A stretch of DNA of 64,000 nucleotides from Candidatus Ozemobacteraceae bacterium (GTDB taxonomy: Bacteria > Muiribacteriota > Ozemobacteria > Ozemobacterales > Ozemobacteraceae), in NCBI GenBank assembly GCA_035388825.1, contig DAOOQQ010000016.1:12334-76333 (forward strand), in the 5' to 3' direction. The first letter of the stretch is position 1. Each line of letters opens with the position of its first letter. The notes below the pieces were generated by a model. The model was not told the DNA's origin. It ran no database searches and saw nothing but the letters and a program-made list of their open reading frames with translations. The position numbers and the translations under genes are program-made. This document shows positions 1-9,882 of the stretch, piece after piece.

Positions 1-958
1 ATTCTGCGGAATATTTTTCCCGCAGAATCCCGGCCTGGTGCTGACCGCCCTGTATCTCATCAACCTGCTCGTCCTCGTCGGGGTCGGCCGGCTGCTCGCC
101 CGGCTGATGCCCCCCCTCACCCAGGCGCCGTTCATGCTCGAGATGCCCCCCTACCGCCTCCCGACCTGGCGCAGCCTCCGTTCGATGCTGTGGGATAAAA
201 CCTGGCACTTCCTCGAAAAAGCCAGCGGCGTCATTCTCGCCGGCACGATCCTGATCTGGAGCCTCACGGCCTTTCCGCGCGAGGTGCCGCTCAGCCGGCC
301 GTATGCGGCCGAGATCTCCGCCCTCCGAACCGCCCCGGCCACACCCGAGACCGCCGCCCGAATCGCCGATCTCGAATCCGACATGGCCCGTGAGACGATG
401 GAGCGCCGCTACATGGGCAGCCTGGGAAGAGCCCTCGAGCCGCTCGTCCGGCCCCTCGGGTTCGGCTGGCGCGAAGCCGTCTCCCTCGTGCCGGGCTTTC
501 TTGCCAAGGAGAGCATCGTCTCGACCCTCGCCGTGTTATATAATCCTATCGATAAAAACCTCGGAACCGCCATGCGCCGGGAAGGGGTGACGCCGGCCGT
601 CGGCTTCCTCTTCATGCTGTTCACGCTGCTCTACGTGCCCTGCCTGCCGACCGTCGGGGTGATCTGGCGCGAAACCCGCTCGTTCGGCTTCACCCTCGCC
701 GCCACCCTCCTGCCCGGCGTCCTCGCCTGGAGCCTCACCTTCGCGACCTCGCTCCTCATCGGAGCGGCGGCACCGACCCGCGCAGCCGCGACCGCCACCG
801 GGGCCGGTTCCGCGGACACCGTCGCGCTCTTCCTGACGATCGGCCTGGCGGTATGGTATCTTGTCCGCAGGTTGCGGGCCGACCTCGCGGGCGAGAGCCC
901 GTGCACGAGCTGCCAGGGAACGAGCTGCCGGATCGCCCGGAACGACACGCCACGATGA
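1..958 (+). CDS. feoB: Ferrous iron transporter FeoB, C-terminal membrane domain (5'-partial, continues upstream of window)
   Basis: Reading frame is open from nt 2. Polytopic C-terminal FeoB-like sequence (…FLFMLFTLLYVPCLPTVGVIWRETRS…) with a Cys-rich tail. Stop at 956-958. Confidence 0.8.
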   Translation, partial: FCGIFFPQNPGLVLTALYLINLLVLVGVGRLLARLMPPLTQAPFMLEMPPYRLPTWRSLRSMLWDKTWHFLEKASGVILAGTILIWSLTAFPREVPLSRPYAAEISALRTAPATPETAARIADLESDMARETMERRYMGSLGRALEPLVRPLGFGWREAVSLVPGFLAKESIVSTLAVLYNPIDKNLGTAMRREGVTPAVGFLFMLFTLLYVPCLPTVGVIWRETRSFGFTLAATLLPGVLAWSLTFATSLLIGAAAPTRAAATATGAGSADTVALFLTIGLAVWYLVRRLRADLAGESPCTSCQGTSCRIARNDTPR

Positions 959-975
959 CGAGGAGCGCACCCCGC

Positions 976-1461
976 ATGAAAGCATCCCCAGATCGCGCCC
1001 GGCCGAATCAGGGCCTTTCGAGCACGCTCGAGTCGTATCTCGAACACATCCACGAACTCCAGCGCAGATACGGCGCCGTGCGCGTCACCGACCTCGCCTC
1101 GGCGATGGGCTGCACCACGCCCTCGGCCACCAACGCCCTGCGCCGTCTCGCGAAACTCGAACTGATCAACTACGAGGCCTACCGGCCCGTCACTCTCACG
1201 AAGCTGGGCGAATCGGCCATCCGCCGCCTCGACTCGCGCCACCGCGTGCTGGCCGACTTTTTCCTCAACGTGCTCGAACTGCCCGGCGAATTCGCCGAGG
1301 AGGAGGCCTGCCGCCTCGAGCACCGCGTCTCGCCCGCCACCGTGACCCGGCTTGCCGAGTTCATGGAGTTTCTGCACGAGGGCGCCGGGGATGCCCCCCT
1401 CATCCGCCAGCAGCTCGAGTTTTCGAAATTCCGCGAGCGCAAGCGCAGCAGCCGCGGCTGA
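976..1461 (+). CDS. DtxR/MntR-family metal-dependent transcriptional repressor (HTH plus dimerisation domain)
   Basis: LESYLEHIHEL…VRVTDLASAMGCTTPSATNALRRLAKLELI… matches the DtxR N-terminal HTH and metal-binding/dimerisation region. An alternative ATG at 955 overlaps the feoB stop (ATGA). Confidence 0.75.
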   Translation: MKASPDRARPNQGLSSTLESYLEHIHELQRRYGAVRVTDLASAMGCTTPSATNALRRLAKLELINYEAYRPVTLTKLGESAIRRLDSRHRVLADFFLNVLELPGEFAEEEACRLEHRVSPATVTRLAEFMEFLHEGAGDAPLIRQQLEFSKFRERKRSSRG

Positions 1462-1473
1462 GCCGCCGAAACG

Positions 1474-1511
1474 CACCGCCGCCCCGGGACCTGTATCCCG
1501 GGGCGGCGGTG
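1474..1511. terminator. GC-rich perfect hairpin (CACCGCCGCCCCGGGA…TCCCGGGGCGGCGGTG) between convergent genes; bidirectional terminator-like, no U-tract
   Basis: 15-16 bp inverted repeat seen directly in the sequence. Confidence 0.5.
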
Positions 1512-1533
1512 TCTGGAACGGCCTGGATCTCTC

Positions 1534-1776
1534 TCAGTGCGTCGTGGCGGCGGCCATCTCTGTCTGGAAGCGGCTGTAAACCTCGTAGGTCGTCAGGCGT
1601 TCGAGCAGATCCTCGTCCTGACTCTCCATCCAGCCCAGAAACACATCATCCGTCATCAGCTCCGTGATCCCTACCATCGCGGGGTGCACCATACTCGTTA
1701 CGACCTCCTCGGCTACGCGATTTTTTTCGTTCCACATACTCTTTCGTACGTTTCCGTCCGATTCCGAAGAGTTCAT
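1534..1776 (-). CDS. Small hypothetical protein (about 67-80 aa)
   Basis: C-terminal 80 codons of a longer shadow ORF. Lower local GC. Possible internal start at about 1737 (MWNEKNR…) with a GAAAGAG RBS. No recognisable domain. Confidence 0.3.
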   Translation of the reverse strand: MNSSESDGNVRKSMWNEKNRVAEEVVTSMVHPAMVGITELMTDDVFLGWMESQDEDLLERLTTYEVYSRFQTEMAAATTH

Positions 1777-1917
1777 CGGCAGATTTTTGAAATTTGTTGA
1801 GGAATCTCGTGTTTTCAGCCCCGGACGCAGCCTTGCTTGATTCGATGCCCGCGTTCCGGTAGAATGCATCAGGACCCGTGCAGAACGGAACGACTCGGAA
1901 GAGAGGAAACGAAACCA

Positions 1918-2595
1918 ATGCCGATCATCACGATTTCCCGGGAACTCGGAGCGGGCGGGACGTTCATCGCCCTGAAGCTGGCCGAAGCCATCGGCGGCAC
2001 CTGCGTCGAGAAAGAGATCATCCACGAGATCGCCAAGAAAATGGGCAAATCCCACGAAGACCTGACGGATTTCGACCAGGACTCCTACAACCGCATCGGG
2101 GTGTTTTTCCAGGAGGCTCTTTCCAGCATCGCCAAGGGCGGCCGGGTGTTCCACCCGTTCGGCATGGGCCCTCTCGACTGGGAAACCACGAGCACCTATG
2201 TTCCGTCCTTCCCCGACCAGGAATACAAACACGATGAATACATCGATGTTCTGACCCAGGTCATCAAGGAGCTGGCCGCCAAGGGCAACGTCGTGCTGCT
2301 CGGCCGCGGTGCCGGCCGCATTCTTCACGATCACCCCGACGCCTTTCACCTGCGCGTCGTCGCCGATATGAAAGACCGGCTCGCCCGCGTGATGGACGAG
2401 CAGAAGATCGACGAGGAAAAGGCCCGCGAGTTGATCGAACGCCGCGATGCCTCGGCCGGCGCCTTTCTGAGCGACTTTTTCGAAGCCGACTGGAACGATC
2501 CGCATCTGTATCACCTGACCATCAACACCAGCCGCATCCCGGCCGAGGAGGCCGTGCCCCTCGTCCTCGCCGCCCTCAAGCGCCCCGCCGCCTGA
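1918..2595 (+). CDS. Cytidylate kinase-like family protein (P-loop NTPase)
   Basis: N-terminal ITISRELGAGG motif typical of the cytidylate-kinase-like family. RBS GAGAGGAAA upstream of the ATG. Confidence 0.7.
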   Translation: MPIITISRELGAGGTFIALKLAEAIGGTCVEKEIIHEIAKKMGKSHEDLTDFDQDSYNRIGVFFQEALSSIAKGGRVFHPFGMGPLDWETTSTYVPSFPDQEYKHDEYIDVLTQVIKELAAKGNVVLLGRGAGRILHDHPDAFHLRVVADMKDRLARVMDEQKIDEEKARELIERRDASAGAFLSDFFEADWNDPHLYHLTINTSRIPAEEAVPLVLAALKRPAA

Positions 2596-2605
2596 ACCCC
2601 GGATC

Positions 2606-3946
2606 ATGTCGAATCGTCTGTTCGGGCTGCTGCTCGTCGTCGCCGGCGTTCTCTCCTATCTGCTGTTCTCCTTCGAACCGCCGACCAACGAGCTCTGGCG
2701 GGCCCAGGCCCCGGGCGACATCACGACACCTCCCGCGCAGGTCGGTGAGACGTTCTGTTATCTGATCCGGCAGCAGCAGCTCGGCGCAATCGATGCCACC
2801 GGAAAGCTCTCGGGCCCCGTTCCCCTGCCCTCACAGGCCCGCCATCCGCTCGTCGGGCTCGCCTCGGGCGTTCTCGTGGCGGACCGGAGCGGGGGCTACA
2901 CCTGTTACTCCGCCGATCTGAAAGAACGCTGGAAGCGCGCGACGCTGACCCCCTCGGATCTCTCCCCGCTGCCGATCCCGGGTAACCTCGTCGTCGTCTC
3001 CGGTGCCCACGAAGTGCTGTTCGCGGTCGACGCGGACACGGGCGAGCAGGTCTGGGAGAGCCATTTCGACGGACGTGTCGTGCATCTCGTCTCAAGTGAG
3101 ACGATCGGCGTGGTCTACGGATACGACGATCTGAAGAAACCGTCCTGGAAACTCTGCGCGATCGACCCCGCTGACGGTTCCCTCCTCTGGACCTACCGGG
3201 ACCCCGTCGAAGACGCTCCGCCCTTCGTGTACGGCGGCTACTTCATCTTCTGCGACGCGACCGGCCGGCCGGTCGCCGTCGATCAGGAGACGGGCGAGAT
3301 CGTGTATCGCCATGAAAGTGAAGGCTATAAAATCGCCACCGTCACCGGACATTCGCTGCTGATCCTGGCCAACGGAGGCACGCGGCTCGATTGCAGCGAT
3401 CTGCCGACCGGGAAATCCTGGAGCGTGCTGCTCTCCTCCCCGTTCCTCGCCGCCCACGCGGTCGGGGATGCGATCCTGTTCGCCGACGGGCGCGGCATCA
3501 AATGCCTCGAGGCCACGACGGGCTTCGTCCGGTGGCAACGGGAGCTCGGAAAAACCTTCGACGCGTTCGTCCACCGGAACGGGCTCGGCATCACCTACAA
3601 GGACAACTTCCTTGCCCGCCAGACCCAGGTGACCCTCTTCACCGCCGATGCGAACAGAACCCTCTGGTCGGCCCTCGACAAGAGCCGCTTTTACAAGCCG
3701 ATGGCCCTCTCGAATGCCGATCTGATCGTCTGTCGCAGCGGCAACATCCGCCTCCTGCCGCTTCCGGCGACAACGCCGGGCACATCCGCCGTCGCGAGCG
3801 CTTCCATCGAGGTGCCGATCGACACGACCTTCTGGCAGATCCTCCCCGGCCAGCGCCCCGCCACCCCGGCCGTCGAGCCTCCAACCGCCGGCAAACCGGC
3901 ATCGGAATCCGCCCCCCCCACCGCCTCCGCCGCCGGCTGGGAGTGA
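2606..3946 (+). CDS. PQQ-like beta-propeller repeat protein with N-terminal signal anchor
   Basis: N-terminal hydrophobic helix. Repeated D/G-x-x-W and LWTYRD-type blade motifs. Pro/Ala-rich C-terminal tail. Confidence 0.6.
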   Translation: MSNRLFGLLLVVAGVLSYLLFSFEPPTNELWRAQAPGDITTPPAQVGETFCYLIRQQQLGAIDATGKLSGPVPLPSQARHPLVGLASGVLVADRSGGYTCYSADLKERWKRATLTPSDLSPLPIPGNLVVVSGAHEVLFAVDADTGEQVWESHFDGRVVHLVSSETIGVVYGYDDLKKPSWKLCAIDPADGSLLWTYRDPVEDAPPFVYGGYFIFCDATGRPVAVDQETGEIVYRHESEGYKIATVTGHSLLILANGGTRLDCSDLPTGKSWSVLLSSPFLAAHAVGDAILFADGRGIKCLEATTGFVRWQRELGKTFDAFVHRNGLGITYKDNFLARQTQVTLFTADANRTLWSALDKSRFYKPMALSNADLIVCRSGNIRLLPLPATTPGTSAVASASIEVPIDTTFWQILPGQRPATPAVEPPTAGKPASESAPPTASAAGWE

Positions 3947-4061
3947 CGTTAGCAGGAACGGCTCCGGCCCCGCTGCTGCGGGATTGGCGCGGCATTGCCG
4001 CGGGCGGGCGAATCGTGGTAGCATGGCCGTTCCCTGAGCGTTTTTCATGTTGGAGGCAAGA

Positions 4062-7000
4062 ATGAGTCACAAGGCTTTGACCGTCGGATTCGACATCGGT
4101 TCGGTCAGCATCAACACCGTCATCTGCGCACAGAACGGCGACCTGCTCGCCGAGCTTCCCTACCAGCGCCATTTCGGCCGCACCCTCGAGCTGTGCGCCC
4201 GCACCCTGGTCCAGGTCGAAGAGAAGTATGGCGCCGAGAATATTGCGCGCGTCGTCTTCACCGGAACCCACGGCGAAGCCATCGCCAGCGCCGTCGGCAC
4301 CACGTTCGAGATCGAGACGACCGCCCAGACGCGCGGCCTGCACCGGCTGATGCCCGAGGCCCGATCCGTGGTCTCGATCGGCGGCCACGATTCGGCCCTG
4401 CTGCTCGTCTCGCCCGCCAGAGACGGCTTTCTGCTCGAAGACTTCAAGCTGAACGAGGCCTGCGCCGCCGGCACCGGCAGCTTCATCGACCAGCAGGCCG
4501 AGCGCATCTTCTCCGACCACCAGGAGTTCGAGAAGATCGAGGAGCCGCAGCAGCGCATCGAGGCGATTCTCACGAAGTTCATCGCCGAGGGCCGCACTTC
4601 CGACCACCCCGCCAACGTTGCCTGCCGCTGCACGGTGTTCACCAAGTCCGACATGATCCACCTGCAGAACAAGGGCATCCCGGTGAAGCACATCATCGCC
4701 GGGCTTCACGAGGGCGTCGCGAAGAACTTCAAGTCGACCCTCATCAACAACCGCACCCTCGCCGAGCCTGTCGCCTTCATCGGCGGCTACGCCACGAACG
4801 ACCTGGCCCGTGCCGCGTTTTCCAAGATTCTCGGTGTGAACGTCGTCGTTCCCGAGCACCACACCGCCGTCGGTGCCCTCGGAGTCGCCCTCTCGGCCAT
4901 CGCTTCGGGAACCGGCCGCGCGGTGCGCAGTGCCGAGATCGCGAATCTCAAGAGCGACGCAGCCTTCAAGGCCCCGACCGTCGCCCCGCTCTGCCAGAAG
5001 CTCGCCCCGTTCACCCCGTGCGGCGAATCCTCCGGCCTGCCGTCGGGTAAAGATAAAATAGACGTCTATATGGGATTCGACATCGGCTCGACGACGACCA
5101 AGCTCGTGCTGATGGGCCTCGACCAGCGGATCATCTACAAGCGGTACATCCCGACCGAGGGCCAGCCCGTCACCGCGATCAAGAAGTGCCTCACCCACAT
5201 GAAGCAGCAGATCGACGTGTCGCGCGTCAACGTGCTCGGCGTGGGCACCACCGGCTCAGGCCGCGAGGTCGCGAACCTGTTCGTCGGCGCCGACGATGTC
5301 GTCAACGAGGTCACCGCCCACGCGCGCGGCACGACCCAGTTCCGGCCCGACGTCGACACCATTTTCGAGCTGGGCGGCCAGGATGCGAAATATACGTCCC
5401 TCCATCAGAGTTTCGTCGTCGACTTCCGCATGAACAAGGTGTGCGCCGCCGGCACCGGCAGCTTCCTCGAGGAGACGGCGAACAAGCTCGGCATCGACAT
5501 CGCCGGCGAATACGAGAGCCTCGCCCTCGCCGCGAAAACGCCGTTCAAGCTAACCGAGCGGTGCACGGTGTACATGGAATCCGACCTGATGTCCTACCTG
5601 CAGATGGGCGCCGCCCGCGAGGATCTGCTCGCCGGCCTGTCGCGCGCCGTCGTCCACAACTACCTCAACCGCGTCGTCCAGGACGGCAAGATCGGCAAGG
5701 TCATCAGCTTCCAGGGCGGCCCGTCGCTGAACAAGTCGGTTGTCGCGGCCTTCGAAGCCGTCGTCGGCAAGCCGATCGTCACCCTGCCCCACCGCGAGGT
5801 GATGGGCGCGATCGGTGCGGCTCTCCATGCGCGCGACGAAGCCGAGGCGGCCGCCCGCCGCGGTGAGACGGTGAAGCCCAGCCGGTTCCGCGGCTGGGGC
5901 GTCGTCGATGCGGCGTTCACCCACTCCGAGGAAGTCTGCAAGCGCAATCCGAACTGCCACAACCTGTGCAAGCTGCAGATCTACCGCATTGCCGGCGACG
6001 AGGCGGTGTACGGCGGCGAGTGCGGCATGTACGAGTCCCGCGCGAAGTCCACCGTGCGCGCCCCGGACTACAACCGCATCCGGCAGAACCTGTATTTCAA
6101 GGCCATGCAGGGGAAATACCGCGTGCTCGGTGAAGAGCCGGCGCAGGCCGTTTCCCCCGAAGGGAAGAAGCGGCCGACGCTGGGGATTCCGCGCTCGCTG
6201 AGCTTTTTCCAGACGGGACTGTTCTGGGTGCACCTGATGGACCGGCTCGGCTTCGACGTCGTGATCACCCCCGAGACCGACAATCGAATTGTAGACGCCG
6301 GTATAGAAGCGATGACCTGCGAGGCGTGCTTCCCCGTGAAGATCTCACACGGCCACGCAAGCAGGCTCAAGGGCCAGGTCGACTGGCTGTTCCTGCCCAT
6401 GATGATCGAGATGGAAGCGCCGTCCGACAAGAAGGGCTACTACTGCCCCTACCTCGAGGCGAACAGCTACATGCTGAAAGCCGCGCTCAAGCTCGACGAC
6501 AAGACCACGCTCATGCCCGCCATCTACCTGAAGTACGGCCGCGACGGTCTGGTCAAGGCATTCCGCGAGGAGTTCGCCCGGGTCGGTCTGCCGTTCGATC
6601 AGAAGGCGTTCGTTGCCGCGTATGACGAAGCCTGGGCCGCGCACACGGCGTTCACCCGGGAGCTGCGCGCGCTCGGCAAGACCGTGCTCGAGAAGCTCGG
6701 CGACCGGCGCGCGATCGTCGTCGTCGGCCGGCCCTACAGCGCCTACGACTCGCGCACGAACCTGAACCTGTTCGCCACGTTCAGCCGGCTCGGCGTCATC
6801 GCGATCCCGCAGGAGCTGCTGGATCTCGACCCGATCGAGATAGAGAACGACTACCCCAACATGTACTGGGGCTTCGGCGACAAGATCTTGAAAACCTCCC
6901 GCTATATCAACAACGACAAGCGGCTGTTCGGGCTGTATCTGACCAGTTTCTCGTGCGGCCCCGACTCGTTCATCCTGCACTTCTTCAACGACGAGATGAA

Positions 7001-8402
7001 CCGCACCGGCCGGCCGTATCTCGAGCTCGAGCTCGACGAGCACTCGGCCGGCGCCGGCGTCGAGACCCGCCTGCTGGCCTTCATCGACGTCATCAAGAAC
7101 CAGACCGACGTGCGCACCCTGCCCCAGGGCGTGAACGTCATCGCCCGCAAGGCCAAAGCCCCGCTCCAGGGCCGCACGATCTACCTGCCCAAGATGTCCC
7201 AGGGCTCGTTCGCCCTCGCCGCCGCGTTCGACGGGGTCGGGTGCAAGGCTGAGGTGATGCCGACGTACACGACGGCCGGCCTCGAGTTCGGCAAGAGCAA
7301 CACCTCGGGCAAGGAGTGCTTCCCCTGCACCGTCACGACGGGCGACATGTTCGAGACCGTCACGAAGCTGCGCGAGCAGGGCCGCGACGTCGAGAACGAG
7401 ATCGCCTTTTTCATGCCCGAGACCGAGGGCCCGTGCCGGTTCGGCCAGTACAACTACCTGCACCGCATGCTCCTCCAGCGGTACGGCTGCGGCGGCATCC
7501 CGATCCTCTCGCCCAGCTCCGAGGACAGCTACCGGTGCAAAGGCTTCTTCTCCGACGAGCAGGCGGCCGAGTTCCGCGGCCTCGCCTGGCAGGCGATCGT
7601 CTTCACCGACCTGATCGAGAAGTCCCTCTGGCGCGTGCGGCCGTATGAAAAAGAGAAGGGTCAGGCCGACGCCGTGTTCGCCGACGCCCTGCGCGACGGG
7701 ATCGAGGCGATCCGTGCCGGAGGCGGCCTGAAACTGATGAAAGTCGCGCGGCGGGCTGCATCGAACTTCTCGGCCATCCCCCGCACGGGAAAGGACAAGC
7801 CCCTCGTCGGTATTGTTGGCGAAATATATGTTCGCACACATAACGAGAGCAACCAGGAGCTGGTCAGGACACTCGAGTCGATGGGCTGCGAAACATTCAC
7901 CAGCTCGATCGGCGAATGGATCGATTACACGACCCACACGAGCATCGCCGACGCCCACGACCGCTGGAAAGACCGGCGCGGCTGGAACACCGGCAGCGAG
8001 CTCGCGAAGTCCTGGCTGATCGGCAAGGCGCAGCGCGTCGTCGCGAAGCTGATGGGCGTGCCGTTCTCGAAACTGCTGCACGGGCGGTTCGACCACTCGA
8101 CCGAGCATCTTCTGCATCTCGTGGACGGCATCTTCTCGAACCACATCAACGGCGAGGCGATCCTCTCGATCGGCGGCGCGTTCGCCTTCCGTGAGCACGG
8201 CTTCGACGGCGTCGTGAACGCGATGCCCTTCACCTGCATGCCCAGCACGATAGCGAGCGCTATTCTCAAGGTCCACCTGCGCCGGAAGATGCCCTTCGTC
8301 GACATGGTCTACGACGGCACGATCCTGCCCAACCGCACCACCAACCTCGCCACCTTCGCCTTCCAGGCGAAACAGCAGCGCGAAGCCCGCCAGGGCCGGT
8401 AA
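4062..8402 (+). CDS. Large fused CoA-substrate-specific enzyme activase (two BadF/BadG/BcrA/BcrD-type ATPase modules) plus 2-hydroxyacyl-CoA-dehydratase-like domain protein
   Basis: Two acetate/sugar-kinase-fold activase modules (GFDIGS…AAGTGSF, twice), followed by an HgdB/BcrB-like Cys-containing domain. GGAGG RBS before the ATG at 4062. Confidence 0.75.
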   Translation: MSHKALTVGFDIGSVSINTVICAQNGDLLAELPYQRHFGRTLELCARTLVQVEEKYGAENIARVVFTGTHGEAIASAVGTTFEIETTAQTRGLHRLMPEARSVVSIGGHDSALLLVSPARDGFLLEDFKLNEACAAGTGSFIDQQAERIFSDHQEFEKIEEPQQRIEAILTKFIAEGRTSDHPANVACRCTVFTKSDMIHLQNKGIPVKHIIAGLHEGVAKNFKSTLINNRTLAEPVAFIGGYATNDLARAAFSKILGVNVVVPEHHTAVGALGVALSAIASGTGRAVRSAEIANLKSDAAFKAPTVAPLCQKLAPFTPCGESSGLPSGKDKIDVYMGFDIGSTTTKLVLMGLDQRIIYKRYIPTEGQPVTAIKKCLTHMKQQIDVSRVNVLGVGTTGSGREVANLFVGADDVVNEVTAHARGTTQFRPDVDTIFELGGQDAKYTSLHQSFVVDFRMNKVCAAGTGSFLEETANKLGIDIAGEYESLALAAKTPFKLTERCTVYMESDLMSYLQMGAAREDLLAGLSRAVVHNYLNRVVQDGKIGKVISFQGGPSLNKSVVAAFEAVVGKPIVTLPHREVMGAIGAALHARDEAEAAARRGETVKPSRFRGWGVVDAAFTHSEEVCKRNPNCHNLCKLQIYRIAGDEAVYGGECGMYESRAKSTVRAPDYNRIRQNLYFKAMQGKYRVLGEEPAQAVSPEGKKRPTLGIPRSLSFFQTGLFWVHLMDRLGFDVVITPETDNRIVDAGIEAMTCEACFPVKISHGHASRLKGQVDWLFLPMMIEMEAPSDKKGYYCPYLEANSYMLKAALKLDDKTTLMPAIYLKYGRDGLVKAFREEFARVGLPFDQKAFVAAYDEAWAAHTAFTRELRALGKTVLEKLGDRRAIVVVGRPYSAYDSRTNLNLFATFSRLGVIAIPQELLDLDPIEIENDYPNMYWGFGDKILKTSRYINNDKRLFGLYLTSFSCGPDSFILHFFNDEMNRTGRPYLELELDEHSAGAGVETRLLAFIDVIKNQTDVRTLPQGVNVIARKAKAPLQGRTIYLPKMSQGSFALAAAFDGVGCKAEVMPTYTTAGLEFGKSNTSGKECFPCTVTTGDMFETVTKLREQGRDVENEIAFFMPETEGPCRFGQYNYLHRMLLQRYGCGGIPILSPSSEDSYRCKGFFSDEQAAEFRGLAWQAIVFTDLIEKSLWRVRPYEKEKGQADAVFADALRDGIEAIRAGGGLKLMKVARRAASNFSAIPRTGKDKPLVGIVGEIYVRTHNESNQELVRTLESMGCETFTSSIGEWIDYTTHTSIADAHDRWKDRRGWNTGSELAKSWLIGKAQRVVAKLMGVPFSKLLHGRFDHSTEHLLHLVDGIFSNHINGEAILSIGGAFAFREHGFDGVVNAMPFTCMPSTIASAILKVHLRRKMPFVDMVYDGTILPNRTTNLATFAFQAKQQREARQGR

Positions 8403-8415
8403 CCGGAATCACCAC

Positions 8416-8470
8416 AAAGGCACCAAGGCACAAAGAATCCTCTTCTTTCTTCGTGTCTTGGTGCCTTTGC
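8416..8470. terminator. Long imperfect hairpin (CAAAGGCACCAAG…CTTGGTGCCTTTG) downstream of the activase gene
   Basis: 13-bp perfect stem plus extension seen in the sequence. No clear U-tract. Confidence 0.45.
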
Positions 8471-8499
8471 GGTGTATCACTCAACGATCAGGGGATTCC

Positions 8500-9882
8500 A
8501 TGAGGGAGCCTTCCATGACGACATCGCCGACGGACCCGGCGTCCCGGTTCCGTGTTCTGATCATCGACGACGAGAAGAACATCCGCTCGACGCTCATGAT
8601 CTGCCTCGAGTCGATGGGACTGCACGCGACGGCGGCCGCCTCGCCGGAAGAAGCCCTGGTCGCGCTGGAAACGGACTTCTTCGACCTCGCCTTCCTCGAC
8701 CTGCGGCTCGGCACCGCGAGCGGGTTCGACCTCCTCCCCGGCCTTCTGGCGGCCAATCCCCACCTGCTGGTGATCGTCATCACCGCGTTCGCAAGCCTGG
8801 AAACCGCAATGGAAACGGTCCGGCGTGGCGCGTTCGATCTCCTCCCCAAGCCGTTCACGCCGGTTCAGGTCCGGCAGATGATCGAGAAGGTCCGAACGCG
8901 CCTCGCACTCGAGCACCGGCTCGACAAACTTGAGAGCGACCTTCGCGAAAGCTGTCCGGAAGCGAGCTTCGAGAGTCAGGCCCCGTCGATGCGCCAGGTC
9001 CTCGCTCTTGCGACAGGAGCTGCGGCCTCGGCTGCCTCCCTGCTCCTCCGCGGGGAAAGCGGAACGGGAAAAGGCGTGCTCGCACGGTTTCTCCATGCGT
9101 CGAGCCCGCGGCACTCCCAGCCCTTCGTCACGGTCTCCTGCCCAACGCTGACGGACGAACTTCTCGGCAGCGAGCTGTTCGGCCACGCCCGGGGGTCGTT
9201 CACCGGCGCCCTGCGCGACCGTCCCGGCAAGATCGAAACCGCGGAAAACGGCACGCTGTTCCTCGACGAAATATCCGAAATTGCGCCATCGGTTCAGGCC
9301 AGGCTCCTCCGGTTCCTCCAGGAGAAGCAGTTCGAGCGGCTCGGGGAAAACCGCGTGCGACGCTCCGATGTGCGGATCATCGCGGCAACCAACCGTGATC
9401 TGGAAGCGGCCGTGAAGGCGGGCACGTTCCGCGAAGACCTCCTGTTCCGGATCAACGTCGTCGAAATCACCCTGCCTCCCCTGCGTGAGCGGCGTGAGGA
9501 CATCCTCCCCCTCGCGCGGCGGTTCATCGGCTTTTTCGCCCGCCAGCTCGGCCGCCACCCCCCCGAATTGTCCCCTCGTGCGCAGGAAGCCCTGCTGGCC
9601 CATTCCTGGCCCGGCAACCTGCGCGAACTCCGCAACGCCATCGAACGCGCCCTGATCGTCTGGCCCGCTCCGCTGCTCGAGCCGGAGGCATTTCCGGAAC
9701 GCATCTCCCGGCCGAGTACCACCATCCCGATGATCGGGAGTGACATGTCCCTGGAGAATCTCGAAAAGGCCCACATTCTGCGGGTCCTCGCCCGCCACCC
9801 CACGCAGGAGGAAGCCGCGAAAATTCTCGGCATCGACACCTCGACCCTCTGGCGCAAGCGCCAGCGGTGGGAAAAAGCCTGA
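8500..9882 (+). CDS. Sigma-54-dependent response regulator (REC, AAA+ sigma-54 activator and Fis-type HTH; NtrC family)
   Basis: VLIIDDE receiver domain. GESGTGK Walker A. GAFREDLLFRINV and ESWPGNLRELRN sigma-54 activator motifs. C-terminal HTH. Confidence 0.85.
   Translation: MREPSMTTSPTDPASRFRVLIIDDEKNIRSTLMICLESMGLHATAAASPEEALVALETDFFDLAFLDLRLGTASGFDLLPGLLAANPHLLVIVITAFASLETAMETVRRGAFDLLPKPFTPVQVRQMIEKVRTRLALEHRLDKLESDLRESCPEASFESQAPSMRQVLALATGAAASAASLLLRGESGTGKGVLARFLHASSPRHSQPFVTVSCPTLTDELLGSELFGHARGSFTGALRDRPGKIETAENGTLFLDEISEIAPSVQARLLRFLQEKQFERLGENRVRRSDVRIIAATNRDLEAAVKAGTFREDLLFRINVVEITLPPLRERREDILPLARRFIGFFARQLGRHPPELSPRAQEALLAHSWPGNLRELRNAIERALIVWPAPLLEPEAFPERISRPSTTIPMIGSDMSLENLEKAHILRVLARHPTQEEAAKILGIDTSTLWRKRQRWEKA

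Noticed and set aside
631-1476. 281-aa minus-strand ORF overlapping the feoB 3' end and the DtxR gene
   Set aside because: Antisense shadow ORF of well-supported plus-strand genes in high-GC DNA. Arg/Ala-rich and low-complexity, with no domain.
1777-2607. Upstream part of the 357-aa minus-strand ORF 1534-2607
   Set aside because: Antisense to the cytidylate-kinase-like gene. Only the 3'-terminal small ORF (1534-1776) lies in otherwise non-coding DNA and was kept at low confidence.
3092-5198. Minus-strand ORFs 3092-4048 and 3639-5198 (318 and 519 aa)
   Set aside because: Gly/Arg-rich antisense frames over the PQQ-repeat and activase genes. This is a typical GC3-driven open frame.
6345-8276. 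643-aa minus-strand ORF inside the activase gene
   Set aside because: Antisense shadow ORF, low complexity, no motifs.
8488-9798. 436-aa minus-strand ORF opposite the sigma-54 regulator
   Set aside because: The plus-strand gene has unambiguous REC, AAA and HTH motifs. The minus frame is compositional.
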